From: Trichoplax sp. H2
Taxonomy: Eukaryota
Length of the DNA: 64,000 bases
Assembly: GCA_003344405.1 (NCBI GenBank)
Contig: NOWV01000101.1
Span: forward strand, 124,001 to 188,000
Direction of reading: 5' to 3'
In this document: positions 39,079-51,172 of the stretch, piece after piece
How the letters are laid out: every line of letters begins with the position of its first letter
Numbering within the stretch: the stretch's first letter is position 1
Notes under the pieces: generated by a model
Database searches by the model: none
The model's input: only the letters and a program-made list of their open reading frames with translations
Told to the model about the DNA's origin: nothing
Made by a program: the position numbers and the translations under genes

Positions 39079-41303
39079 ATGGAAAAAAAATTGGCGAGGA
39101 TAGTTAGTCTATTCGATAGCAAAACTGAAGAACTCCTGGTAGGCCTAAATTTGGATAACGAAAACCTTAAATCGGCCGAAAGTAATAACAATCGTAAGTA
39201 AAGGATACTAAAACATTAGCTTTATAATCATAATTATAATGTGCAGTTGTGTACTCTATTCTCTATATCGCCCTCGCTATTAAGAAATCAGATACTAGGT
39301 ATGCTCATGGACCACTAGAAGGATACCAATATATTTCTAATGGTCCATTGTATGCCATACACAGTATATACAGTACACTACTGTAATGTAAATAATTTTA
39401 ACTTTAAAAATCTTATCTATATTACAATCAACACAAGATAATATCTACTAACGGATTCATATGTATGCGTACAGTATATTGTAGATTATACCCAATTGTC
39501 AATCTACGAATATTGCTAGTCATAATAAATGCTTCATCATCGTATTTTTATTGCTTTTTCGGATATAGAAGATGAGGAAATAAGGTTACCAGCACATGAC
39601 CTATGGTCAAGAAATCATCCATTCGTACAAGGATTAACGTGTCGCCAATGTGGAGCAGCTTTCGACAGTGTTTTTGATCAGGTGCATACGATTTGCGGTT
39701 ATATATTACTTCACGTATAGAATTGTTAGCAAATTGAACTACGTATGCATTACATCAGCTACCATTGCTATCATGATAACACGCGATTACAGGTATCATT
39801 TTATGAGTCATAAAGTTCTTATATTGGTCGAATTGTAGTCGAGCACTATAATAAAGCATTCTAAAGTATTATCAAAAACTGTCATCATTGCATTTACTAA
39901 CTAATATCATTCAATTGCAGCGGCAACACTTTAAATCAGACTGGCACGTCGAAAATCTTAAACGAAAACTAGCTAATCTTACCATTCTAACAGAAAATGA
40001 ACATGACGAATCAATAAGTAATGAATATAATAAATAATAAACATATTCCTAAATCATGTCAGTACTGGGCAATTTTATAATGTATTCTAAAATTAACATC
40101 CCAATCCTACTTAAATTGGACAAGAACAAGATTCAGCTATCGATAGTGATGCGAATGAGGAAGATGAAGATAATGAAGGAAATATTGTCGATGACTCTAT
40201 CTTGGAAAAAAGAGATGGTTCTCCTTATCTCTGGTTTCGGAACTCCAATGGAAATTTAATATCAATACATCGAGTACTATTATCTGCAAGAAAGGTGACG
40301 TCTTTTATGAGTTTAATCTCTGCCATTTAATACCTTCAAAGTAAATTCCGGTGTCATTATGTTTGGTTACAGGAAACGACGACAAGTGAATTAATATCAA
40401 ACAGATTTCATCAGCTACTGAGCCGAAAAAATCATCAACTTGTTAGCATTTTAATGATAGATAGTTGCCGATTTGCAGGGGCTGTATTTCAAGGGTAACA
40501 ACGCTGAGATTTTTCGTTACATTGTTTATAACCATCATAAATATAAATCAGTGAATCAGTGCGTTTATTACACCTATTACTAAATATTAGGGAAAAAGTT
40601 TTGGTACATAAAAGATTGCGCTATTATACCGTCAGAGCTCAGAGTGGTACCAGACAATCCGCTCACGATAGTAAATGCAACCGTTTGAAAAGGTTTCAGT
40701 CTACTCCTCATTATCTAAAAATCGCCTACAAAGTATGAAACTATACACTATCCTGCTTCAACATTTTGTCTTATTCTATTAATTGTATAGATCTGTAGGA
40801 GCTAACATTAGAAGAGCAAATGAAGCGTCACTCATAAATGTATGTATGATCATATCCATTTAGTAATAAAATTACTTGAGGCATATAGTAAATGTGATGC
40901 AACGTAGAATGAAATCAAAGGATAATCATAGAAATCTCATACAACAGAACACTCAAAACCTATTAATTTCTTGGAGCGATCAAATCACCCGCAGTAATCT
41001 TATCTTTATTCGATGTCCGCCAACGCAGAAATTTGTTATATTTGGTGGTAAAGAACCAATTTTGAATAAAGGTTCGTATGCCTATTTGGTACAGGACGTA
41101 TGTATATTGTTGTAATTACGTATTCATCAGATTTTAATACTTTATTAAAGATATCAGATTAGTCTTCTTATCAAAACTTAGTTAATGTTGTTTTAATAAC
41201 AGATGATGAGAGGATTAGATATATTCCGCTTACAACAAGGGCACCTTCTTCCAAGGAAGTGAAAAGAATTTATTCTACGCTTTTTTCCATCCGAGTGGAA
41301 TAA
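39079..41303 (+). CDS. ANKZF1: ANKZF1/Vms1-family protein, short form (C2H2 finger plus VLRF1 domain), 330 aa; exons 39079-39193, 39569-39681, 39921-40017, 40125-40294, 40373-40494, 40591-40692, 40791-40839, 40948-41071, 41203-41303
   Basis: CRQCGAAFDSVFDQ|RQHFKSDWHVENLKRKL, FAGAVFQG, HKRLRYYTVRAQSGTRQSAHD, SVGANIRRANEASL and DERIRYIPLTTRAP. Exons sum to 993 nt in frame. Confidence 0.9.
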
Positions 41304-42279
41304 AATCTCGAAGCGGTTGCAATTTATTCAATTTTGATACTGTCATTTGTCAATCTAAATATGAATACTTACATTTTAAAATTTATAGCAATTTTGTTCT
41401 CATAATCTGCTTTTTGCGGAGCTATATAAAATATTATCTTATTAGTGTGTTACCAATATTAATTTACTTGCCGTATCGTATGGGTTACTACAGTTATTGT
41501 AGTACAATGAATGTGCCCAAATTCCAATCCCATACAACCGTACGTGAATATAGAGCTACCAGCTCCTCTTAATTATATGCAGTAATTATCATACACGAAT
41601 CTGCTACTTCTGTACAGGATACCGCTGGATTATAATCGCGGTTGCATCGTTAATATAATTTCATCTTATTCTGCTATATGATGTAAATAGAATAGATATG
41701 ACCATTTTATTAACTAATCATCATAAATAAGAATATACATACGGTAATTGTAGGCATCGGTTAGATGCACTGCGACAAGATATGTCATCTACAGCTTATC
41801 GATGATTATCCTTATTACACCAGAACTATTTCCTCGATATGAAATTTTTATATATATTATCGTTACAAACAGTATTTAAACATCGGAGTATGCTACAGTA
41901 TAAGCAACGTATGAGTACATTTTATTATATTTTCAAATAGTTATTTTCGCTAATGTAAAATTTAAGATAATGATTTTTATAAACGTACGGTATATACGAG
42001 CATATACCTTGTACTGTACTTAAGTGTCTATAAATCTACATCTCTAATGTTGAGTAATTCATTAGTATTTTCGAAATAAAGATGGGAGGATTGACTGTTC
42101 GGCGAAAGCACGGCACTGTATGCGATCGTATGGGTAACAGAGGTTTAAGTATTCTTGGAAATTCTTATATTTAGAATTTCCTAGATCATATCCTATTATT
42201 TATTCCTTCATATAAAGTGAGAACACAGAACCACTATTATTATTCTATATTATTCGTTAGCTAATCATGGATTATCATA

Positions 42280-42485
42280 TTGTACTGTACGACTCGTCCA
42301 GTTGTATCAGTCTGTATACTGTACTGTACTGTACACTATCGTACTGTGTTGTACTGTACTGTACAGTTCACAGTACAAAAATTTACGCAGTGTACTGTAC
42401 TGTACTGATTCATACAGTACGTATGATACTGTACAGTGTACAGTATCGTATGATCTTTCCAGAACGAGTGTACTGTACTGTACGA
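42280..42485. repeat. TACTG/CAGTA microsatellite island at the CFAP221 promoter
   Basis: Dense gtactgtactgtac arrays ending ~65 bp before the ATG. Confidence 0.9.
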
Positions 42486-42516
42486 TGTGTTTTATATAAA
42501 AATCGGTACTGACGTG

Positions 42517-42530
42517 GTAACCATGGAAAT
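42517..42530 (+). promoter_or_regulatory. RFX X-box-like motif
   Basis: GTAACCATGGAAAT matches GTHNYYATRRNAAC at 13/14 positions, 20 bp before the ATG of a motile-cilium gene. Confidence 0.55.
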
Positions 42531-42550
42531 CATGTAATTTAAGAACCAAG

Positions 42551-45500
42551 ATGGCGTTAGAGGTGAATACAAATCATCCACTTTCATCTTTAGACTCAGA
42601 GATCTTCACGCAACCATTACATGAAAAATCTGTGCCAAATCATCTTGTCGAAACAAGTAAGCTACAGTATGAATAAAGTTAGCTTCACGAGAATTATAAT
42701 ACGCATAGTGTACTGTTTAATCACAAATTAGCGCATCAGAAGCTCTTCAACAGGATCATTAGGATGTAGCTTAACTACTAAAACTACTGCCAACGTAAAC
42801 GATGTGATTTGTTTATAACATCCACATTTATGAATAACTATTCTTCAGTTTTATGGGCATCCGTTGACAGTTTTTAACAAACATAATAATCGTATCAGTA
42901 AAGCACCTGTAGTTTTCAATATTACGATAAATTGTTATGAGAAACCTACTCATATATTAGAATTTATATATATATATGATAAATATACAGAAATGATATA
43001 ATGCCATGTCATTTGTTATTATAAAGTTAAAAATGTTTCGGTCAATCTGTAAGATTACTCTCTCAAGAACACACTTGCTATACTCTATTTCGATTTAAAA
43101 CTTGAAGAACCAAGACTACTTAGAATAATTATTTGTCCTATTGAATAACAATTATCAGTTCGTTGGAATTAAGCGCCTATTGCATAAGCTTCCGAATCTT
43201 CTTATTCAATTATTACGGAAATTTCTTTCAGAAATATTTGGCCAGGTTGCTCATAATGCTGTAATTGAAGCTAAACCGTCCGAAGTTCATTTCGCAGGAT
43301 TTCAGATCGGCAAGACAGAAAAATATAAATTGGTAATCTCCGTAGATATATAAAGATTTTATAGCTGAATTCTTGGATGCAAGCAATTACGAGTGAAAAT
43401 ATAAAATCACTCAATCATATCATTTTAGAAACTTTAGTCTTACATTATAGTAGCTATGGTATCATATTCAATTCTAATTATTTACCGTTACGAAAACAGA
43501 AACTTACCAATATCTCGGCGGATCCTCAACGTGTTCATATTATACCGCCAACAACCTCATATTTCAAAATAAGCTATGAAAAACAGGTAAAGTTAAGTCA
43601 ATCCGAAGTTAAATGAGCAAATTTACGTCAGTATGAGTCGCTGCGTTTATATTTGTTCGATAAATTTATCGAATATGTTATCCTATTTGATATTCTTTTA
43701 CTAAATCCAAACTAAACAGGCCCGTCTCGTTCCTGGTTTAAGTATTGAAGTCAATGTTGAACTTTTCCCAAAAGATTGGATCTATTACGATGACTGTATT
43801 CGTGTACACTGCAAAGTAATCTAAGAATCAAGATAATTGACTTTTAATAACTGTGATTAATATGACTATTCTCTTAACAGGATGACGAGAATCTATTGAT
43901 ACCAATTCATGCTTATCCAGTACTTGTAAAGTCTACTGATTTTCCAAAGAAGATTAACTTCCCTAAAACACCGTTAGCTCATAGGTAAAGATGGGTTCGA
44001 TATCAAATATGTATGTCTAATGTATACTGATTTGAATGATTTATTATACATCGAACACCTCTAGTTTTTCAAAAACTATTCCTCTTCGATCAAATATTCC
44101 AGTTGACTTTGAATTTGAAATTAAAATAATAGAATCTAATGATGCATACGTAATAAATCCCATGTCAGGCAAGAATTTATTTTTATCACCAACTGATAAG
44201 TCTGTTTTCCGAATATAGATGACGAAAACATATTAAATTCATATTTCTTTGGCTCTTTTAGGTTGCGTGGCAGCTAACAGCCAGGAAGACATCGTCGTTA
44301 CTTTTACCCCGAATGATTACGCAACCGCCCACATGAAATTTCAGGTAACATAAATAATCGCAGTGATGATAACGAATGCGCATAGATAGATCGCTAAAAG
44401 TCATTTCATAATTTTTAATTAAATATGCTATAGTCGTATTTTGATGTACTTTACTTGTAAAGCGAGTCTTGATGCAAGACTAAAATAGATTTTATTAATT
44501 AACTATTATCAAATATTAGATATTCGAATTAATCATTCCATTTCATTGCTAGCTCTTAGTTTCGCAATTCAATTCAGAATCGTTTGTATGCACGGTAATA
44601 GGATCGTCAGAACCTGGACTTGTTAGGTGTGTGATTATTAATACACTTATAAATTAAATTATCGGTATTATTTTTGATTTGTTCAATAAAACCAATTAAT
44701 AGCTCTTAACGTGTATATCATATATACATACATATATATTTATACAAATTTATTGGTATCTAACGTGTGACACACCGTTATGACGGCCTGTATTCATGAA
44801 AATTTTAGGAAAAAATTAATAGAAGAACATGAAAAAGAGAGTAGTCAAACTTTTCAAGACAACGATATCATAACAATTCCTGGCTATGATTCTATAACTG
44901 ATCCATCGTTGCTGAAGCCATTAGAACGCTCAAAGTATAAGAAAGCTATGAAGAAGACTGTAAAGGTTCAATCTGGTCTTAAGGTAGATATGCATGTACA
45001 AGTACAATTTACAAGTATCCAGCACGTTTAGTTTCATCTGAGCACGAAAATTTATAAAACCAAAATTGTTCAATTTAAAAATACTATTGCGTAAAACAGC
45101 CAGGACAGAAAATACTATCGCAGTAAGAAATGTACATTAAGTTAACGTTAACTACACTGTACTTGCAATGGAATGCTGATTAATTAATTAAGCCAAATAA
45201 CAATACTTGCGGGCAGTGAAATGGCTGCTGGACTCCCCAACACTTATTGCTCACAATATACAGTACTGTACAGCATAATAATTATAATTGGCAATCTAGC
45301 AGACTATGCCTAACAGTACTTACAGTATAACAGTTCTGCAGTACCGTGCAGGGTACGATCAATATACCGTACTGTACAGTATATTTTTTGGAAGCTTGTT
45401 AAATTAATCAGTAAGCAATCTCGGTATACTACTGTACAGTACAGTAAGTAACTGAGGCCATTTGTAGACAAAAACTCGCTCGAAGCTTGCATTGCTCAAG

Positions 45501-48500
45501 AAATAGTGACATAATAATTTTTACTTTATTGACACTTAGCAGTAGGGTAGAATGGTCAGCAACCATAACAAAGTCGTCGCCGGCTCTGCTATGCGAGAGT
45601 TTTAATTCATGGAATAGTCATACTCTCGGATCATCATGTGTATCCTTAATCTGTGTCTCATTTAAGAGACAACAGGTAAGGATCACCCTACTGATAACGC
45701 GACCGTGCCAAATCATCCGTTATTATACTGGAGACCAAACCCCTTCAGTTATGGGATAGATATTTTGCATATTTCATGACGGTACGGTGCGTTTCAGTAT
45801 CAGTACTGTACAGTAATGCAATGCCTTGTTAGTACTGTACTTTACAGTACGTAAAAATGTATGTACTGTACAGTATGTACTGTACAGGATGCAGCACGTA
45901 CTGTACTGTACAGTGTACAGTACAGTGCACTTTTGTTGTACGTCTTTCTCGATAACTGCAGCATTCGAAATTTATTTCATAAAATTCCCAAAATTGTTCA
46001 GTTATTTACAGTTAAAAGCCCGCTTTTACTATTGCTGGTCTTCTACGTACCGTATACATATTTATATATATATATACACTGAATGCGATATAATGTACAC
46101 AAAAATTACGCACAGTGACGTATTACAACTCATTCGCAAAAATGAACAAATTTACCCGGACAGACTAAGCACTAAATAGTGTCAGGCATGCCAAAAATGA
46201 AAACCAAAACTTTAGTTATACAAAATACGCGTATATGCAACTACTATAATTAGGTATATAAAAATATTGGATTGTTTCGACACGGTTATTTGTTGTATAT
46301 ATAGACGGGATTTACTCAAAAGTTTGCCCATCCCCTCGAATTATAATACTCGCATTCATAGACTTACTAAAGGATTATCGGAAAATGAATGAATTACTTG
46401 TTCAGTAATCCTTGATTTAGATTTCTCTAATTAAATGATTTTACGGTCACACCGTATTACCATCTAGTATAGCTACTGCGGTTTAAAAATTCGCAATGAA
46501 AGCGAAATTGAAATAATCTATTAAATACTGGCTATATTAAATATTAATTAATACATATTCAATGTAAAATTATTAGCAGACGTCCCATACTATTGTACTG
46601 TAATTGAATCAAATTTGCTAGTCTGTTAGTATTATAGGCGTACGAAAACTGATATTATACTGTATAATAAAATTAAATAAAGCCGTACATTTAAATTTTT
46701 TTTCTTGATAAATGCACAGTTGTAGGCTAAACATACTGACAAATTTTGTAGTGTATATGATGCATAAACCCGTACGTATAACGCGTATACAAGCTTACTG
46801 TACTACCTTTGTTATAGATATTCTATAGGAAACTACAACCATTAATTAACGTCACTACATCATTTTTAGGGCATGGAAGATATGAAGGTACCGCTTACCT
46901 TGAGTTGTCCTAGTGAAGTAGCACGCGTCCTAAATCAAAAAGACGGGAAAATGAATGTTAAAGAATTAAAACAAGGTAACCTATATTGCATTTACTTCAA
47001 AACTTTTAATTCATCTAGATTCCGTACTATATCTACAATAGTTGAAAACAGATCATAGAAAATACGCGTAAATAGAGTTACTGTCAAAATTTGTATAATG
47101 GGCACATACTGGCATAATACGATGTGCATTGTGATGTGTTTGTGGACAGTTGTACGAGCACACTTACCTGCAATAGAAATCATAGACACACAGCAAAAGA
47201 AAATAAACTTACTAAATTCAATTACCACACCTGGTGAAGGAAAGGAAATTATATCTACACTCTACAGTGATTCTTACGATTTTGTGAGATACTATTGAAC
47301 TAATATAGTAATTAATATAAAGTAAATCCATCAGAACATATATTAATTATCTATTAATAATATAATTTATACTATACAGGCCTAAATAGAACAAGCAAGA
47401 TTCTAAAAACATATTACTTATAGCCGCATATTAACTAAATCTTTCTTTATTTTGCCCTCTTTTTGTCACCTTTAAACGACGTACGCGTATGATATCCAAC
47501 AATAAATCAATATATAGCTGTTGAAGTAGTCTCGAAATCGGAAGCTAACAGGCAGCTGAAGGTTAACTATACGTACTATAAAAAATATTGTTATCTTCCA
47601 GTTAATTATAATCGCTTATCCGTCATATGGTAAACGTGCTTCAATTCTCAATTAATCTATATTCTTTGTAGGAGGCATTTTTCGAACAGCAAGTGCGTCA
47701 ATTTGTTATGGAAGAAAGAGCAAATCAACTACGCTGGTTTGTATTCGATGGATCACTAAATATATATGAATGAAATAGTGAACAACGATTTGATGCTAAC
47801 TTTATCATTAAACTAAAGTGATCAACTAATAAAATTATCACAGGATGGTACATCGAGGAGATGAGAAAATGACAAGTGAGCAACAGGAAATAATTCTAAA
47901 AAGCAGACAGCATTCGGAAGAATCATACAAAGTAAATATTTGCTATGAATTAAGAGCTAATCCTCTTACTGATCTCACTAAATCATATTACTTTAATAGA
48001 TATTTCGAAAAGAATCCATAACATTAAATGAAAGTAATAGGAACGCTGTAAATTGTTCGTATCGTAGAATATTTAGAAATGCAAACGAGGTAAAATTAAC
48101 TATTTCTACTTGTTCTCTCTCAATTTACTAAAGAGTTACAGCTTAATCTAGCGTAAATCAATGCAATCAAATTTCATATAAAATTACTAAATGTCTACGT
48201 AAAATAACAAATCGTTGTATTATTCTAGCTACCAAATTGTCAGCCATCATTTGACGTTTACAGTAACGATAATTGGGCGAAACGACATTCTGTTTTACAA
48301 CGATTTATTCAAGCTGCCCGAAAGGTATACATTACTTGATTGTAAACGCACATGTTGATACAAAGCAATTATTCCGATATCAATATTTTTTAACTAAAAT
48401 CTTTGGATGAGTAACATTATTGTTGGCATTACACGATAGATTATTATAAGAGAAAGAGCACAAAAGCATCTAGAATCATTACAAGTTCTTGTCGATAACT

Positions 48501-51172
48501 GGCGACGTGGACATCATCGCCCTATATCGCCTGCGACAGGTAAAATAGTACCTTGATAGATTATTGAATTCATATTATTCCAATTAAAAGTGACTGGTAA
48601 CATCAAGCTTTCGAGGCTAAGTGACTTTATTTTATATAAAGATGAAGAAGGAAGTTTCGAATCTTTAGATGTAGTACCGTTATCTATACGGCCTGATCGA
48701 GTATTAAAATTTCGAGTACCTGTCTATTCGGTGAAAGACGAAATGGTATGTTTACCTATTATGAAGAGAATTGAGGATAAGTTTTGATATCGTACCTGAA
48801 GAAATTAGAAATATCCCGCAATTACTATTTTTTTTCGCGTAATAGGAACCTGATGCAATTGGTAAAGTGCAAACAGACACAAACGGTCTAACATCAAAAC
48901 ATTTACTTTCGTACTTTGATCTCAAGGTAAGTTCGTCATGTTATTTTGCTACTTTAACTAAGATTTACATCTCTGTAATAATTATTGCTTTTGTAAACAT
49001 ACGTATTTATCCTAAATAGGTGCCACAGCAATATCGCGTTATGGGCTATCAGCCACATGCCATTCAATCTTCTCTTGAAGGATATATCACCCCGAATACT
49101 TCTGTATCACTACGTGTTGGAGCAGAGGTGATATAATAATACAACAATAATATGTCACTGCCCTTGCCTTTATAATTAATTAATACTGGCTCCATGTCGT
49201 CCGCTATTTCAAAATATGGCTCTAGCTGTATGTTAAATTGTAATTACATCGATATGATATTACCAAATTCAAACTTTTAGGACGAACTGATTGGTTTGCC
49301 AGCAGTTGGTGCAAATTCTGCTGATTATAAAGCTAACCGAGTTGATGCTGATTTAAAAGTACCTGCAACTAAAGGTATTGAAATAAAAACGATTAACGAG
49401 GAACCGAACGATCTTGATGATATCGAAGAAGGTGCAGAGGAACGACAAATGGTTGAAATTCCAATGGGGATTCTCAAGCCAGTAGAATACCCTCCTATGA
49501 CCATCTTTGTAAGTATTTACTAATCCCAGATTTATACTGTACATTGAACTAGATCTTCCAAGTAATAATATCAATCAAGTCATAAATTCTTTACTATACT
49601 AATATATTTTTCGGCTTATTCTATTTACCAGAATCCATACCCTGGAATAAAAGCTTATTACCCGCCGTTAAAGTATTCTGAAATTGATGAAGATTATTAC
49701 TTTTGTCCGCTACCAAGATTTAAGCAACACACGTCTATGAACCCAACTGGCAACCAAAATGCAAAACCTTTCTTAGATAGAAAGGTAAATGCATCAGAAG
49801 CTGTTCTAAAATCTGTCACAGCCTATATCAAGCTATATTGTCAATTCATGGACTTAATTGATTAGCATTTAAAATTCGAAAATAATAGTAGTGTTGTAGA
49901 AAGTACCAGACATCATTACTAGTAATAAATGTAGCAATTACAGGACTGCATGCAATTATTTACAACTGGTATTAGTATAAGAGCATACATATAAGTTCTA
50001 ATTGAATAATTTATTTTATCTGCACTAGAGTGTCATTCCAGGTATTATGAAATGGAAAAGATTTTCTAGTCAGAGTCTACTGGCATTAAATTCTACGCCC
50101 ACTATTTCAAGCGTTTGGGTGCCACGATGGTAAAATAGTTATACCTCATGCCAGTATCGAAAAGTCATTGACTAAGTCACTCTTATCTTTTAAACTGCAC
50201 ATTAGGACTGATCCATTTGATGACGATCTATTACCTAAAGAAGGACCTCCATTATTAACTGAATTACCGGAAGATGATCGTATATATTTGGAGGATAAGT
50301 AAGCATGCATCTCACGTTAAACTGATTTCAGCACAATTCATAATTTATTCATATTTATCGTAGGAGACTAAGATACATATATACCTTTAGTAAATATTTT
50401 TACCCATGCAAGTCAATCTATAATTATTTGATTCAGGGAAGAGAGAGATACTGATATTCCATTGCTGACACCAGAGATGGTAAGAGCAGAATTTCCAATT
50501 CTTGAGGAAATTGAGAAAGATAGAGAAGATTTCAGGTATATAAATGCTAAAGCTACAAATGCATATAAGGCAGAAAAATAATTTTATTTTGTGATATACG
50601 ATAGAGTAAAGTTAGTCTAAAATGGGTTTAGTTAATTATCAAATTAACAAATCAGCTTTCGAAAATTTGGGTTTATTTTAGTTTTTATGAATACTTATCA
50701 TTAATTCAATATTTATTTTATGCTGCTAAAAGCTGTAACGTCGAAATAAAATCACACATTACGCCAAATAAATAGTATCTCTTTTGAAATATGAATATAT
50801 CGCTACTTAGTAAAAATTTAAAGCAATGAAGTGATCTTGATAACAATATCCCTTGTACTGATTTTTTTGCGATAGTGTTCCACTGGAAAATAATAAATTA
50901 CCGACTAGTAATATCCCAGTTGGTAAATATGGTCTAAAATCAAGGTTAGTTAATCCTTACTGTGATGATGATAGCATATAATCGTAGATGAGTAGCAAAA
51001 GAGAATGATAGAGTATCTAACGCCTCTTTGTCGTGTTCCATTTAGAGAAAAATGTAGTAGGCAACTAGAACACCTGATACTAGAAAATTCAAATATTTTA
51101 GGTGGAAAAGTGGAAAACAAAATGGATACCTTCAATGCTCAATTAACTCACCCAGGAACAATATTAAAATAA
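42551..51172 (+). CDS. CFAP221: Cilia- and flagella-associated protein 221 (PCDP1), multi-exon
   Basis: VPNHLVET, VIEAKPSEVHFAGFQ, RVHIIPPTTSYFKISY, RLVPGLSIEVNVE, YYDDCIRVHCK, LLIPIHAYPV, VLNQKDGKMNVKEL, EERANQLRW and RFIQAARK. Stop at 51170-51172. Confidence 0.92.
45554..45695 (-). ncRNA. SNORD118: U8 (SNORD118)-like box C/D snoRNA, antisense within CFAP221 intron 44984-46869
   Basis: Minus strand reads ATCAGTAGGGTGATCCTTACCTGTT...CAGATTAA...ACATGATGAT..GAGAG...TGAATTAA..CTCT...CTGA. These blocks occur in the same order as recalled vertebrate U8 (AUC...AUCCUUACCUGUU...CAGAUUA..ACAUGAUGAU...UGAUUAA...CUGA). Box C at 45631-45637, box D at 45556-45559, three hairpins, one with G-U pairs and a GCGA tetraloop that form only on this strand. 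Confidence 0.85.
45720..45772 (-). promoter_or_regulatory. snRNA-type promoter of the U8-like gene
   Basis: Minus strand: PSE-like TATCCCATAACTGAAG at about -64 to -48, TATAATA at -32 to -26, octamer-like ATGCAAAA just upstream, then a CAGTA island at 45800-45930. Confidence 0.55.

Noticed and set aside
45670-45684. CTTACCTG on the minus strand, suggesting U1 snRNA
   Set aside because: No U1 stem-loop I/II loop motifs or Sm site; the wider context and C/D boxes fit U8.
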